The notes below the pieces were generated by a model that made no database searches, was not told the origin of the DNA, and saw only the letters and a list, made by a program, of their open reading frames with translations. Made by a program: the position numbers and the translations under genes. 64,000 bases of DNA from Convolutriloba macropyga (Eukaryota): NCBI RefSeq assembly GCF_964194025.1, contig NC_134476.1, positions 23,808,001-23,872,000 of the forward strand, in the 5' to 3' direction. Positions 60,356 to 64,000 of the stretch are shown here, piece by piece. Numbering within the stretch: position 1 is the stretch's first letter; the number at the start of each line of letters is the position of its first letter.

Positions 60356-63300
60356 TCGCCGGCCCTGTTTTCCTTCGTAAAAACATCTTCGTCCATTGAT
60401 ATCACTGGAGCGAGCTTCTCTACTGGTCTCTTGTAGTATCTATCTTTCGTTCGGATTGTCGCTGATCGAATCACTCCGTCGGAACCTTCAAATGTTTCGG
60501 TTATTCGACCCAGATCGTAATATCCACGTTTGTCACTGTCTTCCACTAACCACACAAGATCACCCTGCTGAAGACTTCTGTCCGTTGTGGTCTGCCATTT
60601 CTTACGACTGTTCAACGTTGGCAAGTACTCTTTACGGAATCTGTCCCAGATGAGGTCTGCGTAAGCTTGTGTTTGTCGGAAGAGCTTTCTATGATCAACA
60701 AATTGCTCTGCACCTGATAGATACGGTAAACAAAGGTTCTTGTTGCCAAGTAGGAAATGATTTGGAGTAATAGCTTCTAAATCGGTAGCATCAGAACTGA
60801 CTTGTGTCAGCGGTCTAGCATTCAGCATCTGTTCAACAAGACACATCGTGGTTGACAGAACATCCTCCGTGACTGATCGATTGCCCAGCACTGCGTACAT
60901 TGCTTTCTTGCAACTCCTAACCAGTCTTTCCCACACTCCCCCCCCAAAGTGTGGTGCTGCAGGTGGGTTGAACTTCCATCTGATAACTTTTTGAATTAGA
61001 TGTTCTTCAATTCGCACCTTGTTCCATGCCGCTCTATACTCTGCCAATTCTCTTTCGGCTCCAACGAAGTTTGTCCCGTTATCACTAATCATTTTGACCG
61101 GTTTGCCTCTTCGAGCAATGAATCTCATAATTGCGTTCAGACAACTATTAGTGTCTAGTTTTGGTACGATCTCGATATGTACCGCTCGTACAGTAAGGCA
61201 TGTAAATAGACAGCACCAACGCTTTTCGTTTCTTCGACTAATCTGTACTGTGAATGGTCCGAAATAGTCTACGCCCACATTCGCGAATACTGTTGATGCG
61301 ACTAATCGTTCTTCAGGTAGATCTGCCATTACTGGTGCCTTTGTTTGGGCTCCACCCTTTCGACATCTAATGCATTTGTTTTTGATCGATCTCAAAGCTT
61401 TTCGTATGCCTAGGATCCAGAATTTCTGCTGAACTATGTTTCTGACATGTTCAGTACCTTCGTGATGATTATTCTTATGTTCATTTTGCAAGAATAATTC
61501 AACTACATGGTGCTTCCAATGTAATAGTATTGGATGCTTGGTTTCGAAGTTCAATTGACTTTTACCTATTCTGCCCTGGGCACGAATAAGTCCTGGCTGG
61601 TCAATGAATGGTGAAAACTGGAGGATTTTGCTGTTTTTTGGAGTTTCCTTTTCAGCCTTGAGAGATTTCATCTCTTCAGCAAACTGTTCTCGCTGCAGTA
61701 GTCTGAAGATGCTTGCTTGTGCACCCTCTCTTTCTTCAACACTTAGTGTTTTTGTTGCCGGTTTGTGTTTTATAAATACACGCTGTACGTATGCCATTGT
61801 ATTTACTAGTCGATTGAAACTGCTAAAGCGTTCCCACTGAATCATCGGTTTCTTCTCTTCAACCTTTGCTGAGAAGACCATTTCGTCGTTTTGTTCGTCT
61901 GAAGCAAATGTTAAATTCAACTGTTCAGGCCATTCGTTCTCTCGTTGTTTCAACCAGGCCGGCCCAGTAAGCCCTTCGCTTTTCTTAAGTTCGTCAACAT
62001 TGATCGCTCGTGTCCCGATGTCAGCTGGATTGTTAATACCACTCACATGATTCCACTGTGAAACATTAGTTGTATCCAAAATCTCAGCCACTCTGTTTGC
62101 AACAAACACCTGTTGCTTACGGTGGAAGCTATGAATCCATTGCAGAACAGTAGTGGAGTCTGTCCAAAAGTTACAACTGTGAATATTCGATTCGTGTTCC
62201 TTCACTATCTGTTCTTTAAGTCTCACCGCCATCACTGCTGCTTGTAGTTCCAAGCGTGGTATGGAAAGGTGTCGCATCGGTGCGACTCTGCACTTTCCGA
62301 TTACAAATGCTAAGTCTGCTGAGTATTCTTTGGGCTTTGAACGTAGGTATGCCACAGCGCACATTGTGTCTTCAGATGCGTCGGCAAACACATGAAGTTC
62401 CCATTTGTCCTTGGCCGTGCTGAAGTATCTTCTATCAATGCTGGTTTCTGCTACTTCTGGAAGCTGCGCCTTCCACTTCAGAAACTCTTCTTCTTCGTTA
62501 GGTTCTACTGAGTTTTCCCAATGTTGTCCATTTTTGGTCCAGATGCTCTCCAGGAGTCGTCTCATATGGACACTGAATGGTGCAAACAGTCCAAGAGGAT
62601 CAAACACTGAAGAAACTGGAGATAAGATCTTCCTTTGGGTGATTGGGGTCTCAACTTCTTTGCTTGTACCTCTACAAACCTGTAGACTATCATCGGTAAT
62701 CGTCCACTGAAGCCCAAGCACCGATGACCCTTCCTGGCTGGGTTCTACTTCAACCTGCTTTGTTTTGCTGATTGATCTTAAGTCCTCTGGGATTGCGTTG
62801 GTTACCAAGTCGCTGTTGGTGATCCACTTCTTCAGTTCAAATCCATGTTTTGAGAGAAGAGGTTGCAGTTGTTTGAAAACTTTGATTGCTTCTTCAGATG
62901 TTTCGACTGACTTGATGAAATCGTCCATGTAGAAGTTGTTTTGGATTGCTTTTGCTGCAATAGGGAACTCGTCCTCGTTATCAATCGCTACTCGCTTCAA
63001 AGCGTAGTTGGCACATGTTGGTGAACTTTTTGCTCCGAAAACATGACGCTGATACTCGTAAGTTTGCACAGGTTCGTTCATTGTTGGTCGCCACAGGAAT
63101 CTTAAGCAGCTTTTATCCCGATCAGGAACTTGCACTTGAAGAAACATTGATTCAATATCTGCGGATAAGGCAGTTGGTCCTTCTCGAAATCTGAATATTG
63201 TTCCGATCAACCCGTGTAGCAGATCGGGTCCGGCTAACAACTTGTCATTTAGGCATACATCCTTGTATTTTGCTGCAGCGTTGCAAACACGGCGAACTTT

Positions 63301-64000
63301 ACCCGGTTTGTTGGGGTTTAGTACTGGATGGTGTGGCAAATACCATTCCTTTCCGAAAGTGCCTTTGACTTCCGATTTACCAAGGATCTTCACAAATCCC
63401 TTTTCAATATCTGTATCATTTGACTGTTGATACAATTCTTTTAAATTTGGGTCTCGTTGGAACCTTCGTTCCAGTGAGTAGAGCTGACCAAGGGCTGAGC
63501 CGTAGTTGTTTGGAAGACTGGGTTCTGGTTCATTCCAGAGCATGCCCACTTCGTACCGCTCGCCTGTAAACTTTGTAGTGCTCTCTAGAAACTTCTGAGC
63601 TTGTTGCTCTTTCTTTGATTGAGTTACAACATTTATTTTGGAAGCATAAGTTTCTATGTCCCACCATGATTGGATATTTTCTGCCACTTTCACATTTTCT
63701 GTGAAGGCAAAATGACAAACATTTTGACTTTTCTTGCCTGTCATAGGACCACTGACTACCCATCCTAATTCTGTTAAGACGGCGAAAGGCTCACATCGTG
63801 TTCCAATCTTAAAGTCCAATGGACGTTGAATTTCGTAGGCATCTTGTCCAAGTATGATGCCTACTTCCATCAGGTTGAATTTTCTGTTAGTGAGAACATT
63901 CAGGTGTCTGAATTTGTTCTTCAGTTCCTTGTAGTCATATGTTGTGTTTCCCAACGAGATTGCTGGGTGTGCAAACGCTTCAATTGAATGCACCTTTGAA
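60325..64000 (-). mobile_element. Bel/Pao LTR retrotransposon polyprotein (end of protease region, RT, RNase H, integrase); runs off the window
   Basis: 1222-aa open frame: WYLPHHPV, LSADIESMFLQV, FGAKSSP, FYMDD, FDPLG, LHVFADAS, IPRLELQAA, WTDS, NPADIGTR, HHCC, VDYFGP, SDNGTNF, WERLV, LNARPL. Confidence 0.97.

Noticed and set aside
60396-63430. Plus-strand ORFs overlapping pol
   Set aside because: Antisense shadows of the Bel/Pao polyprotein.

Overview
This is AT-rich eukaryotic DNA from an invertebrate animal (species not determinable), with one 158-nt N gap at 7646-7803. Host genes: an intronless lin-54/tesmin-type CRC (2xCXC) gene (863-1987, +); a 9-exon exocyst Sec15/EXOC6 gene reconstructed by hand (11680-33227, +, about 853 aa, one GC-AG intron); a single-coding-exon TRIM-like gene (45915-47213, +); and a possible LYRM1-like first coding exon (59077-59267). 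Autonomous-type TEs: an uninterrupted Bel/Pao pol ORF with its 3' LTR at the right end, decayed LINE fragments, and a decayed MADF/SANT-like ORF. Most non-coding DNA consists of two families of non-autonomous elements with Helentron/DINE-1 (HINE)-type ends: 5' subterminal inverted repeat (subTIR) plus hairpin, 3' subTIR plus hairpin, T-rich insertion sites and no TSD. These elements show compensatory base changes in their hairpins, head-to-tail multimers, nesting, and bodies of about 180-bp tandem monomers (one copy has a 3-mer higher-order repeat). One 470-bp subfamily carries a tRNA-Asn-like Pol III cassette. Protein family assignments are from motif recognition only; no searches were run.
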